From IMG/VR virus record IMGVR_UViG_3300033067_001825, positions 1-39,657 of that record: a stretch of 39,657 nucleotides of DNA; one strand, 5' to 3'. Position 1 is the stretch's first letter; each line of letters begins with the position of its first letter. This document shows, piece after piece, positions 1 to 8,791 of this stretch. The DNA comes from a virus (lineage: Duplodnaviria; Caudoviricetes). The position numbers and the translations under genes are program-made. The notes under the pieces are model-generated. The model did no database searches. It was not told where the DNA came from and saw only the letters and a program-made list of their open reading frames with translations.

Positions 1-29
1 CCCTCGCGCACACGAAATCGAATTCCGAT

Positions 30-374
30 GTGCCAGTGGCGCCGATCGTGCCTGGGCCCGCGTCGCGCAACCTGCCCTGCCCTCTCTGCGGCAGGTCACT
101 GCACAACGACAGCGCGCGGATGTGCCGGCGCTGCTACCGCGACAACGTCGGTGACACCTCGCCGCTCCGCGTCCGGTGCCAGGCTCTCGGAGTCACGCTA
201 TCGCATGTGCGGCGTGAGGCCGGGGTGAGCCAGCGAACGATCATGCGGGCGGCGGCGGGTGAGCCGGTCAGCCGCTCGAGTGCGACCAGGATCGGGCGAG
301 TGACCGGGATGCCGGCGGCCGTGCTCATCGAGGGTGTGCGCGAGTCGAGGCAGCACCATAGGAGCGAGCGATGA
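30..374 (+). CDS. Zn-finger + HTH DNA-binding protein (candidate late regulator)
   Basis: CPLC-x10-CRRC followed by XRE-like HTH (LSHVRREAGVSQRTIMRA); stop overlaps next start (ATGA). Confidence 0.7.
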   Translation: MPVAPIVPGPASRNLPCPLCGRSLHNDSARMCRRCYRDNVGDTSPLRVRCQALGVTLSHVRREAGVSQRTIMRAAAGEPVSRSSATRIGRVTGMPAAVLIEGVRESRQHHRSER

Positions 375-814
375 CGACGCGCAAGCCAAAGCCGAAGGCC
401 GCCGACGCGACGCCTGTGGCCGTCCGCGCGCGGGCTCTCGCCGAGGCTGCCATCCGCGGAGATCGGGAGACGGCGGAGGCGTACGGCGTGGCGCTGATGA
501 CGCTCCGCGTGTGGCGCCACCGTCTCGGAGATGATCCGGCGCTCGCGGCGATGTACGAGGCGCACGCGCGCCGCCTCGCCGACACGTGGCGGCCTGCGGT
601 GACTGGCGGCCTCGTGGCTGCCGTGGAGGAGCTGCGCAAGCGGCTGCCTGGCATGGACGATGCGCTTCTGCTCGGCGCCGTCCGCGCGCTCGGCGAGATC
701 AACGTGACGAACGCGGCCTTGGCGCCGCAAGAGGTGCCCGATGCTCGGGATGCTGGGCAGGGTGCAGGCGTTGCAGCGGAAGCAGGCCCGCCTCCGCCCG
801 AGACGGCCCACTAA
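371..814 (+). CDS. terS: Putative terminase small subunit
   Basis: HTH-like TAEAYGVALMTLRVWR followed by helical region; directly upstream of TerL. Confidence 0.6.
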   Translation: MTTRKPKPKAADATPVAVRARALAEAAIRGDRETAEAYGVALMTLRVWRHRLGDDPALAAMYEAHARRLADTWRPAVTGGLVAAVEELRKRLPGMDDALLLGAVRALGEINVTNAALAPQEVPDARDAGQGAGVAAEAGPPPPETAH

Positions 815-2231
815 GAACTCACACCCGCTGCTCTCGCTCGGGCTCCTCGAGCTCGTGCCTCGCGTCTCGCCGCGACTGCACCGGCCCGACCATCTCGCGC
901 CGCTCGCCGCCGAGGTCGAGCGCTCGCTCGACGAGACCGTCGAGCTCTGCTTCTCGGTGCCGCCGCGCCACGGGAAGACCACGCTCCTCGTGCACGCGAT
1001 CGTGTGGCTCCTGCTCCGGGACCCGACGATCAACATCCTGTACGTGAGCTACGCGCACGGCTTCGCCGCGAAACAGGTGCGCAAGGCGATGAGGCTCGCC
1101 GAGGCGGCGGGCATCGTCATCGGCGACACACGGCGGCGCGACGAGTGGACCACGGCGGCCGGCGGGTGCGTGAAGGCGGCCGGCGTCGGCGGCCAGATCA
1201 CCGGCGAAGGATTCAGGGTCGTATTCGTCGATGACCCGCACAAAAACCGCGCGGAGGCCGAGAGCCGCACGGTCCGAGAGAAGGTGGTCGAGGGGTTCCT
1301 CGATGACATCTACACGCGCCAGGACCCGCGCGGCACGTCGTTCTTCGTCGTGCACACGAGGTGGCACGAGCGCGACCTCATCGGCGAGCTCGTGAAGCCG
1401 CTGGACGACGACGAGGCCAAGCCGTTCAGGCTGATCACGCTACCGGCGATCGACGGCCAGGGGCGCGCACTCGCGCCGCGCTTGTTCGACGTGACGAAGC
1501 TGCGGAAGCTCGAGGCGCGCGTCGGGCCCTACTCGTGGGCCTCGCTCTACCAGGGCTCACCCAGGCCGCGCGGTGGCGCGCTCTTCGCCGACACCGTGCT
1601 CTTCGACGCGCTTGACGAGGTGGGCGAGTTCTCGGAGGCGATCGGCGTAGACCTCGCGCACCGCGCGCGCACGCGCTCCGACTTCAACTGCGCAGTGCGC
1701 CTGCGCATGTACCACGCCACCGGGCGCGTGGTGGTGATGGACGTGGCGCGCATGCAGGGCGTGCTTTCCGATCGCCTCGTCGATGGTGCCGTTGACCCAG
1801 GCTTCGCACGCCGACTCGCCGCGATGCAGGCGGCAGCGCCCGGCGCGCGCACGGTGATGTACACGGGCGGCGCCGAAGAACTCGTGCTCGACCTACTCGC
1901 GCGCCTCCGCGAGAATGCCTGCTACGTCGAGGCGTGGCCGAGCGGCTCGCGCGACAAGTGGCTCCGGGCGCAGCCGTACGCGGCGGCGTGGAACGCGCGG
2001 CGCGTGCTCGTCCCGCGGGATGCCCGGTGGGCCTCGGATTTCGCGCTCGAGCACGCGGCGTTCACTGGCATCGAGGGGGACCGCGACGATCAGGTTGACG
2101 CCGCCGCCGCCGCCTTCGACGCGCTCACATCGGGCGCAGGCGTGCAGGTAGATTCCGGATCGCGCTCGCCGTACCGCGGAGAGGTCGAGGCGTCGCCGGT
2201 GCGCAGGCCGCTCCGGAAGCGCTGGACTTGA
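741..2231 (+). CDS. terL: Terminase large subunit
   Basis: VPPRHGKT Walker A, GVGGQITGEG, VFVDDP Walker B, HTRWH, GVDLA and DDQVDA nuclease acidic motifs; start uncertain. Confidence 0.95.
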   Translation: MLGMLGRVQALQRKQARLRPRRPTKNSHPLLSLGLLELVPRVSPRLHRPDHLAPLAAEVERSLDETVELCFSVPPRHGKTTLLVHAIVWLLLRDPTINILYVSYAHGFAAKQVRKAMRLAEAAGIVIGDTRRRDEWTTAAGGCVKAAGVGGQITGEGFRVVFVDDPHKNRAEAESRTVREKVVEGFLDDIYTRQDPRGTSFFVVHTRWHERDLIGELVKPLDDDEAKPFRLITLPAIDGQGRALAPRLFDVTKLRKLEARVGPYSWASLYQGSPRPRGGALFADTVLFDALDEVGEFSEAIGVDLAHRARTRSDFNCAVRLRMYHATGRVVVMDVARMQGVLSDRLVDGAVDPGFARRLAAMQAAAPGARTVMYTGGAEELVLDLLARLRENACYVEAWPSGSRDKWLRAQPYAAAWNARRVLVPRDARWASDFALEHAAFTGIEGDRDDQVDAAAAAFDALTSGAGVQVDSGSRSPYRGEVEASPVRRPLRKRWT

Positions 2232-2285
2232 TAGTGCCAGCCATAGGCATGTGGCGCACGGGTGGTAATCCCGCAGCGTCCGCAC
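2230..2285 (+). promoter_or_regulatory. Late promoter copy 1 (activator dyad + GTGGCG-N17-CAGCGT, leaderless)
   Basis: 29-bp repeat GATAGTGCCAGCCATAGGCATGTGGCGCA at 2230-2258; -35 at 2251-2256, -10 at 2274-2279, in-frame GTG at 2286. Confidence 0.75.
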
Positions 2286-3812
2286 GTGGCAGAGCTGCCC
2301 CCGAAGCCGCAGCGAGTGAAGCCCTCGCCGCGCGAGATGGCCGTCCTGTCTGGACGGATGGCCGCGCTCGATCCGGAGCGGCTCACATCCATCTTGAACT
2401 CCGCGGAGCTCGGCCACCTTGAAGATTGGGCTGACCTCTGCGATCGCATGGTCGAGATCGACTCGACCGTGCGCGCGTCGCTCGAGACGCGCTACGCGGC
2501 GATCGCCGGTGCGCGGTGCATCATCGAGCCGGGCCGTCCGACCGGCGACCCGCGCCGCGACGTGTGGGCCGCCGACGCCGCGAACGTTTGGGCGAAGGTG
2601 ATCGCCGACATCGAGACGTGGCCGACGCACGTGATGGAGCTCCTCCACGGCATCGGCGTCGGCATCGGATGTCTCTCGCTTGAGTGGCAGTGGAACGGGT
2701 ACGCCATCGTGCCGCGCCCGCAGTGGGTGCATGCGCGTCGCTTCCGGTGGTGGCGCCCAGACTGGACGCTCCGGCTCCGCGACGACGGCGAACGCGTCTA
2801 CTCGCCCGGACTCGAGCTCGACCCGGACTGCTGGTGTATCCACGCACCGAAGACGATCGCCGGCTACCCCACCCGCGTGGGCGTGCTGCGCGCCGCCGCG
2901 TGGCCGTTCGTCTTCAAGCGCTGGGCCGTCCAGTTCTGGAACGCGGGCGCCGAGCGCTTCGCGTGGCCGCTGCTCGTGGCGAAGGTTCCGCGTGGCGCCG
3001 CTGCTGACACGCGCGCCGCGGCCCGGCAGGGCCTCGAGACGCTCTCGTCAGACCACTCCGCAGTGGTCGAAGACCCGGCCGCGTTCGAGATCCTCGAGAC
3101 GACGATCAAGGACAACGGCACCTGGAAACAGCTCGTTGACGCGATGAACGCCGAGATCGCCAAGGGCATCTTGGGCATGACCGACATGAACGAGCCCGGC
3201 CGCATCGGCGCCTATGCGGCCGTCGAGGTGCGCCGCGGAACGACCGTCGATGCGCGCATCGCGATGGACGAGCTTCAGCTCGCCGCGACCGTGAAGCAGC
3301 AGCTCGCACGCGCGTTCTTCCGATTCAACGCGCACCTCTTCGGCGGCGTGGTCCCGCCCATCCCGGAGACTCGGTGGGTCATCGCGGCGAAGCGCGCGCA
3401 GATCCCTCCCGATTTCTTCGGCGACACGACGCTCAACGAGCGTCGTGCGAGCATCGACCTCGACCCGCGTCCAGATGGCGAAGCGCCGCCGTCGAGCGTG
3501 AAGCAGGAGCGCGATGGGCTGTCCGTCGCCGGTGGAGCATCTGCGTCGGCGGTGCAAGACACTGCGCTGAACGGGGCACAGGTCGCTTCGTTGCAGGGCA
3601 TGCTCGCGTCCGTCAAGGATGGGTCGCTCGCGCCCGACGCTGCGAAGATCGCGATCGCCGCCGCGTTCCCGACGTTCGACGCCGCACAGGTCTCTCAGAT
3701 GGTTTCGGCCCAGGTGGCGAATCCGTCGCAGGTCGCCACGACCGCACCGGGAAAGCCGCTTCCATCCACCGATCCAGCGGCGCAGTCCAATCCAGCGCAG
3801 CCGGTAGGATAG
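2286..3812 (+). CDS. Portal protein, Mu gp29/DUF935-like
   Basis: GVLRAAAWPFVFKRWAVQFW..AERFAWP and NAEIAKGILG motifs; position after TerL; start refined from 2262 to GTG 2286 using promoter spacing. Confidence 0.9.
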   Translation: MAELPPKPQRVKPSPREMAVLSGRMAALDPERLTSILNSAELGHLEDWADLCDRMVEIDSTVRASLETRYAAIAGARCIIEPGRPTGDPRRDVWAADAANVWAKVIADIETWPTHVMELLHGIGVGIGCLSLEWQWNGYAIVPRPQWVHARRFRWWRPDWTLRLRDDGERVYSPGLELDPDCWCIHAPKTIAGYPTRVGVLRAAAWPFVFKRWAVQFWNAGAERFAWPLLVAKVPRGAAADTRAAARQGLETLSSDHSAVVEDPAAFEILETTIKDNGTWKQLVDAMNAEIAKGILGMTDMNEPGRIGAYAAVEVRRGTTVDARIAMDELQLAATVKQQLARAFFRFNAHLFGGVVPPIPETRWVIAAKRAQIPPDFFGDTTLNERRASIDLDPRPDGEAPPSSVKQERDGLSVAGGASASAVQDTALNGAQVASLQGMLASVKDGSLAPDAAKIAIAAAFPTFDAAQVSQMVSAQVANPSQVATTAPGKPLPSTDPAAQSNPAQPVG

Positions 3813-3864
3813 TGCCAGCCATAGGCACGTGGCGCAGGTTTTCGCGTTCGGCATCTTGCCGCGC
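3808..3864 (+). promoter_or_regulatory. Late promoter copy 2
   Basis: GATAGTGCCAGCCATAGGCACGTGGCGCA at 3808-3836; -35 GTGGCG 3829-3834, -10 CATCTT 3852-3857, in-frame GTG at 3865. Confidence 0.75.
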
Positions 3865-5208
3865 GTGGGCCTCGGCGTGTACGTGCAGGAGGGGACTGGC
3901 GATCGACCGTATGCCGTGATGAACGGCGACGAGCTCGTTGACGCCTTCTCCGATCGCGACGAAGCGCTTGCGCGCGCGGCGTCGATCATGGGCCGTCCCG
4001 ATCGTGAGCCGGTGTTCCGTGGGGACGACGGACAGCCTAACGGGCAGATGCGCTGGCTCTCCGCCTCGACGCCTGAGCAGGTGTCTCCGACGCGCGCCAT
4101 CGACCTCGAGACGCTCACCGAGGCGGCCGACTCGCTCAACGCGTCGCCGATCCCGATTCCGATCGACGGAGGCCCCGGCTCTGTGGTGCATGGCACTCCC
4201 GCGACTGGCGGCGGCGTCGATGCGAACGGCTGGGCTCACTCCGGCGTGATGCTCATGCGTGCCGACGGCACTCCGCATCTGATGATGCGCGCCGAGCTGC
4301 TGCCCGACATCGCGCAGAAGGTCGACTCCGGGCGTCTCGCGTTCGGCTCCATCGACATCAACTTCGACCGCGCGGCGACCGACGCTGCGGCCGGCGCGAT
4401 CCGCGGAGTGCGATGGGAGTCGCACGCGCTGACCAACAAGCCGATGAATCGCGGGCTCATGGCGAGCACCGCGCGGGCACAGACCGAGGAAAGCGGGCGC
4501 GAGCGTCTCAGGGCGCCCGGCGAAAGGCTCACTATGGCGACGACACCGACGCGGGCACCTGGCAACAAGCAGACGAAGACCACCACCTCGAGCTCGTCGA
4601 GCGCCGCGCCGAAGGGCACGAGCGGCGGACAGGTCGTGGACGAGACCGTCACTGGTCCGCCGTCGAGCAAGGCGCAGGCGAACCCGCCGCCCGTCATGGA
4701 CGAGACGGTGGACAGCCGCGAAGACATTCTCAACCGCGCGGAAGTGGCGTCGAACCCCGACGCCGCGGCCGACGCGGCAGACGACGCCGGTCAGGATGCG
4801 GATCTCGCGAGCCGCGTCGCGCAGCTGGAGGCCATCGTCGCCGCGCTGAGCGCGCAGAACGAGGCGCTCCAGCAGGCGGCGAAGGCCGGCCCGTCGCGTG
4901 AGCAGCTCGCGCAGGCGGCGGTGGCGAAGGCCATCCGCGACGGTCGCGTCGCGCGCAGCGCGGAGGCGCAGTGGCTGAAGGTCGCGACGCTCTCCGGCGT
5001 CGAGGAGTTCGAGAAGCTGACGCGCGGCATGCGGGCGATTCCGCAGAGCCAGGTGGCCGCGCGTGGCGAGGCGGAGCCGCGCGTCGCTGGCGTCAACGGC
5101 GGCGAGCCGGCGACGAGCACGAGCGAGCTCGAGGCGTGCATGCGCGCCGCGGGAGTGAGCGAGGCGGGCATCAAGCGCGCACTGAGCGCGCGGAAGGGCG
5201 AGGTCTGA
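3865..5208 (+). CDS. Mu gpI-like head maturation protease with C-terminal scaffold
   Basis: PIPID..H, ANGW, GSIDI, HALTNKP motifs; acidic/coiled-coil C half with AVAKAIRDGRV; start 3865 inferred (ORF track gives 3829). Confidence 0.8.
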   Translation: MGLGVYVQEGTGDRPYAVMNGDELVDAFSDRDEALARAASIMGRPDREPVFRGDDGQPNGQMRWLSASTPEQVSPTRAIDLETLTEAADSLNASPIPIPIDGGPGSVVHGTPATGGGVDANGWAHSGVMLMRADGTPHLMMRAELLPDIAQKVDSGRLAFGSIDINFDRAATDAAAGAIRGVRWESHALTNKPMNRGLMASTARAQTEESGRERLRAPGERLTMATTPTRAPGNKQTKTTTSSSSSAAPKGTSGGQVVDETVTGPPSSKAQANPPPVMDETVDSREDILNRAEVASNPDAAADAADDAGQDADLASRVAQLEAIVAALSAQNEALQQAAKAGPSREQLAQAAVAKAIRDGRVARSAEAQWLKVATLSGVEEFEKLTRGMRAIPQSQVAARGEAEPRVAGVNGGEPATSTSELEACMRAAGVSEAGIKRALSARKGEV

Positions 5209-5211
5209 ACC

Positions 5212-5664
5212 ATGACGGCACTGGCAGCGAACAAGGAGCGTCGGAAGCGCAACGTCGGGGGCATCTCGGAGTTCGCGTACACGCCGGCGGCGAGCACTCA
5301 GTTCTACGAGGGCGGCCTCGTCTGCATCAACGCGTCTGGCCTGCTGGTGAAGGCGGCCGACACGGTGAACTTCCGCATCGTCGGCGTGTGCACCGAAAAC
5401 TACCTGTCGCCCGCCTCCGGCGCCCGCAAGGTCAACGTCGAGTTCGGGCACGAGGAGTGGTTCCCGTGCGACGCCAACCTGCAGGCGCTCGCGGCGACCA
5501 CCGGCATCGGCAAGAACGCCACCATCCTCGACGACCAGACCGCCAGCACGGCGGCGACGACCACGAACGACATCGCCACCGGCATGGTGACGGAGTTCGA
5601 GACGTGGAACGGCGTCAACGGCGTCTGGATCAAGGTCGGGTTCCTCGCCGCGGCGACGAACTGA
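5212..5664 (+). CDS. Head decoration/cement protein
   Basis: MTAL...FYEGGLVCINASG...GVWIK pattern typical of the gene between Mu-like protease and capsid. Confidence 0.7.
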   Translation: MTALAANKERRKRNVGGISEFAYTPAASTQFYEGGLVCINASGLLVKAADTVNFRIVGVCTENYLSPASGARKVNVEFGHEEWFPCDANLQALAATTGIGKNATILDDQTASTAATTTNDIATGMVTEFETWNGVNGVWIKVGFLAAATN

Positions 5665-5693
5665 TCGACGGCTGAAGAAGGGAACCCCTCACC

Positions 5694-6641
5694 ATGACGA
5701 TCCAGAACCAGTCGGTCATCGACGTTGCGAACACCACCTATCGCGCGAAGTTCGACGAGATCTTCGCCGCGCGGCCGCCGGGCCCGTACGACCGGTACAC
5801 CGAGGTCATCCCGACCGACACCCTCGTGAACGAGGTGGACCTCCTCGAGACCATGCCGCTGGTGCGCCAGTGGACCGGTTCCAAGGTGTTCCAGTCGATC
5901 CTCGCCTCGAACTTCACCGCGACGATCCAGAGCTACGAGCGCTCGTTCGAGATCAAGCGCCTGAAGCTCGCGGGCGACAAGCTCGGCATGATCGGCCGGC
6001 GCATCTCGCTCATGATGAGCGACGCGGGCCAGATCTACGACAACATCTGCTGGTCGTACCTCGTGTCGAACCCGACCGGCTACGACGGCGTCGCGCTCTT
6101 CTCGGCCTCGCACCCGCGCGGCCCGGCTGGCGGAACGCAGTCGAACATCTCGGCCACGGCGCTCTCGTTCGCGCAGCACGACGCGATCATGAGCGCGGGC
6201 GCCTCGCTGCGCGACGCGAACGGCGAGCCGCTGCGCATCGCCTACGACACGCTCATCGTGGGCCCGAGCAACAAGAAGCTCGGCATGGAGATCACGCAGA
6301 GCAAGGAGCGCATCGTCGGCATCTCGAACGCTGGCGTGACCGACGCGGCGTCGAACGTCGTCGGCGGCGCGACGATCCCGAACGTGTACGGCGGCGGTGA
6401 GATGGAGCTCATCGTGGATCCGCGCTTCGTGGGCTCGTACGCGAACAAGTGCCTCTACCTCGACTCCAAGCGCGGCCCGAAGCCGATCATCCTCTACGAG
6501 TTCCGCGCGCCGGAGCCGATCCAGCAGACGGACATGGCGGCGGACTCGCGCTTCCTCCACGACACGCTCCGCTACTCGGTGGAGTGCGACGTGGTGCCGA
6601 TCGCCGCTGACTGGCACGTCGCCTACTACATCAACGCGTGA
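5694..6641 (+). CDS. Major capsid protein, Mu gpT-like
   Basis: YERSFEIKR..LAGDKLG, GYDGVALFSASHP, LIVGP, KPIILY motifs; strong codon bias. Confidence 0.92.
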   Translation: MTIQNQSVIDVANTTYRAKFDEIFAARPPGPYDRYTEVIPTDTLVNEVDLLETMPLVRQWTGSKVFQSILASNFTATIQSYERSFEIKRLKLAGDKLGMIGRRISLMMSDAGQIYDNICWSYLVSNPTGYDGVALFSASHPRGPAGGTQSNISATALSFAQHDAIMSAGASLRDANGEPLRIAYDTLIVGPSNKKLGMEITQSKERIVGISNAGVTDAASNVVGGATIPNVYGGGEMELIVDPRFVGSYANKCLYLDSKRGPKPIILYEFRAPEPIQQTDMAADSRFLHDTLRYSVECDVVPIAADWHVAYYINA

Positions 6642-6646
6642 TGACT

Positions 6647-6684
6647 CCGGGCCGCGCGCGGTTCATGCGGCGCGCGCGGCCTGG
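6647..6684 (+). terminator. GC-rich hairpin after capsid gene (terminator/attenuator or stabiliser)
   Basis: CCGGGCCGCGCGCG-10 nt loop-CGCGCGCGGCCTGG, 14-bp stem with one G-U pair; weak U tract. Confidence 0.55.
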
Positions 6685-6719
6685 TGTCTCTACCGCATGA
6701 GCAACCGCATGGAGCCAGA

Positions 6720-7304
6720 ATGACGACCTCGATCATCGAGAAGATCGCTCTCTCGAACGTGATGCGCGTGGATCCTCCCCGCATCGACCCTCGCACGCGC
6801 CTCGAGGAGGAGCGTGTCCGCGTCCGCGTGTCGTCGGCCTCCGACGGCGTCGTGATCGCGGGCGCGATCTTCAACGCAGGCGAGCGCGAGGTGGAGGTGT
6901 ACGCCTCCCAGGTGGCCGAGCTGGAGCGCGCGGTCGAGACATGGCTGCGCGAGCCGCAGACGGTGCGCTCGATCGAGACGAGGCTGAAGACGCACGACGG
7001 CGCTCCGCAGCTCGAGACGCGCGAGATCACCTCGCACGAAGACGAGACGGTGCTCCCGGCCGCCGAGCGCGAGGCGCGCATCAAGGAGAACAAGCGCTCG
7101 GTGCAGCGCGAGTTCCAGGTGATGACCGAGGAGTTCGAGCGCGCGACGAGCGGCACCGGCCGCTACGAGCGCCGCGCGCTTCCGAGCGAGGCGGCGGCGT
7201 TCCGCATCGTGATGAAGCGGGACATGAGGCCGCTCGTGTCGGTCGAGCTGCTGGACGCGAAGGCGCCCGCGGGCCCGGACAAGAGCAACAAGCGCGCGGC
7301 CTGA
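6720..7304 (+). CDS. Hypothetical protein (head region)
   Basis: ORF with GGAG RBS before ATG 6720 and phage-like codon usage. Confidence 0.65.
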   Translation: MTTSIIEKIALSNVMRVDPPRIDPRTRLEEERVRVRVSSASDGVVIAGAIFNAGEREVEVYASQVAELERAVETWLREPQTVRSIETRLKTHDGAPQLETREITSHEDETVLPAAEREARIKENKRSVQREFQVMTEEFERATSGTGRYERRALPSEAAAFRIVMKRDMRPLVSVELLDAKAPAGPDKSNKRAA

Positions 7305-7329
7305 AGCCGCAGCGCAAGGAGCGTGCGCG

Positions 7330-7803
7330 GTGGCCTACCTCACGACGACGATCCTTCAGGAGGCGCTTGGGACCTCCAAGGTCACATCGCTGACGGGCGG
7401 CCACGCGAACCAGCTCGCGCGACTCGTGACGATGGCCACCGCCGAGACGCGCTCCGCGCTCTCGATTGGTGGCTACGCGTCCGCGGTCCCCGAGACCATT
7501 TACGCCGCGGACGCGAGCGACTGCCCGGGGGAGATTCAGCTCGCCGCCATCGGCGCGTGGATCGAGATCGCCTACGGCGTCAACGACCTCGACGTTCCAC
7601 AGCAGTTCAACGCGTACATCGCGAAGCTTGAGGAACTGAAGGCGGGCAAGCTCGAGATCGCGACCGTCGCCAGGAACACGGTGCGCGCCGTGGGCGGCGT
7701 TTCGTTCTCGACGAGTTCGCCGACGCTCGACGCGAGTGACGGCAACGGCGGCACGCAGAGCCGCAAGCAGATTTTCGGGCGCGGCCCGATGTCGGGATAC
7801 TGA
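7330..7803 (+). CDS. Head-tail adaptor (Mu gp36-like)
   Basis: MAYLT start, AYIAKLEELKAGKLEI, IFGRGPMSGY end; synteny; AAGGAG RBS. Confidence 0.7.
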   Translation: MAYLTTTILQEALGTSKVTSLTGGHANQLARLVTMATAETRSALSIGGYASAVPETIYAADASDCPGEIQLAAIGAWIEIAYGVNDLDVPQQFNAYIAKLEELKAGKLEIATVARNTVRAVGGVSFSTSSPTLDASDGNGGTQSRKQIFGRGPMSGY

Positions 7804-8273
7804 TGGGCGTACGGGTCACAGGAGAGCGCGAGCTCGAGCAGAAGCTCGCCGATCAGGCGCGCCGGATGCGCGACCCGGGGCCCGTGCTCGAGCAGCTCGC
7901 GCGCGAGCTCCGCGCCATCCTTCTCGAGGCGTGGGCCTCGGCGCGCGCGCCGGACGGCTCGGCGTGGGCGCCGCGTGTGCTCGCCTCGCGCGACGTGAAC
8001 ACCGGCCGCGCGCGCCCTCGCCGCGACACGCGCGGGCGCCTCCTCGAGCGCACCGGTCTACTCGAGCGGAGCGAGCGCGTGGGCGTCTCGGGGCGGTCCA
8101 TCGTCGTGGAGAACGACGCGCCATATGCGAAGTTCGTCAACTTCGGCACGCGCTTCATGCGCGTGCGCAAGATCGTGCCCGCGCCGGGCGACCGTGGGCC
8201 GGCGGGCGACTGGCTAGCGCGCCTCCCCGACCGCATCGCTCGGTACATCGCCGAAGGGTCGGTGCGGCCGTGA
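7803..8273 (+). CDS. Virion morphogenesis / tail completion protein (Mu gpG-like)
   Basis: APDGSAWAP, LLERTGLLERS, PYAKFVNFGT motifs. Confidence 0.85.
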   Translation: MGVRVTGERELEQKLADQARRMRDPGPVLEQLARELRAILLEAWASARAPDGSAWAPRVLASRDVNTGRARPRRDTRGRLLERTGLLERSERVGVSGRSIVVENDAPYAKFVNFGTRFMRVRKIVPAPGDRGPAGDWLARLPDRIARYIAEGSVRP

Positions 8274-8779
8274 TGTCCCCTGCGAACATCATGCAGGCGA
8301 TCGAGGAGTGCTGCCTCGGCACCATCGGCGCCACCGAGGTCGTGGCGTCGGGCGCGCTCCTGCGCGGCGCCTACGACTCGCAGACGCCCGAGGCGCGCGC
8401 TGCGGCGAACCAGCGGAACGCGCGCGTCGAGGTGATGTGGAAGGGCCAGGAAGACACTGGCCTCTTTCAACGCTACTCGTCGCGCTCGCACATCCGGGTC
8501 TACCTGCTGATCCGTCTGACGTTCGCGACCACGTTCGAGCTCTCGGACGACAACCGGAAAGCCACCCGCGCCGCGGCTGCGCTCCTCGTCGAGCAGGTCC
8601 GCGCCGCTCTCACGCGCCCGGGGAACCTGCTCACCACGAGCACGAGCGCGGCGACGGAGATCGTCGATGGCTGCCTTATCAAGGCCGTCGCGAAGTGCAC
8701 CAAAGAGGACTGGCGAGAGGGGAACACCCTCGAGCACGAGATCACCGCTCAGGCGCTCATCGCCTCGACGCGGCCCTGA
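8273..8779 (+). CDS. Putative tail terminator
   Basis: TGATG-coupled ORF (MSPANIMQ...) directly before tail tube; synteny only. Confidence 0.55.
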   Translation: MSPANIMQAIEECCLGTIGATEVVASGALLRGAYDSQTPEARAAANQRNARVEVMWKGQEDTGLFQRYSSRSHIRVYLLIRLTFATTFELSDDNRKATRAAAALLVEQVRAALTRPGNLLTTSTSAATEIVDGCLIKAVAKCTKEDWREGNTLEHEITAQALIASTRP

Positions 8780-8791
8780 GAGGAGACGCCG

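Noticed and set aside
2230-2258. Sigma-54 promoter reading of the 29-bp repeat (GGCAC...GC)
   Set aside because: GG-to-GC spacing is 8 nt on the plus strand rather than 10, and the minus-strand TGGCAC has no TTGC at -12 in any copy
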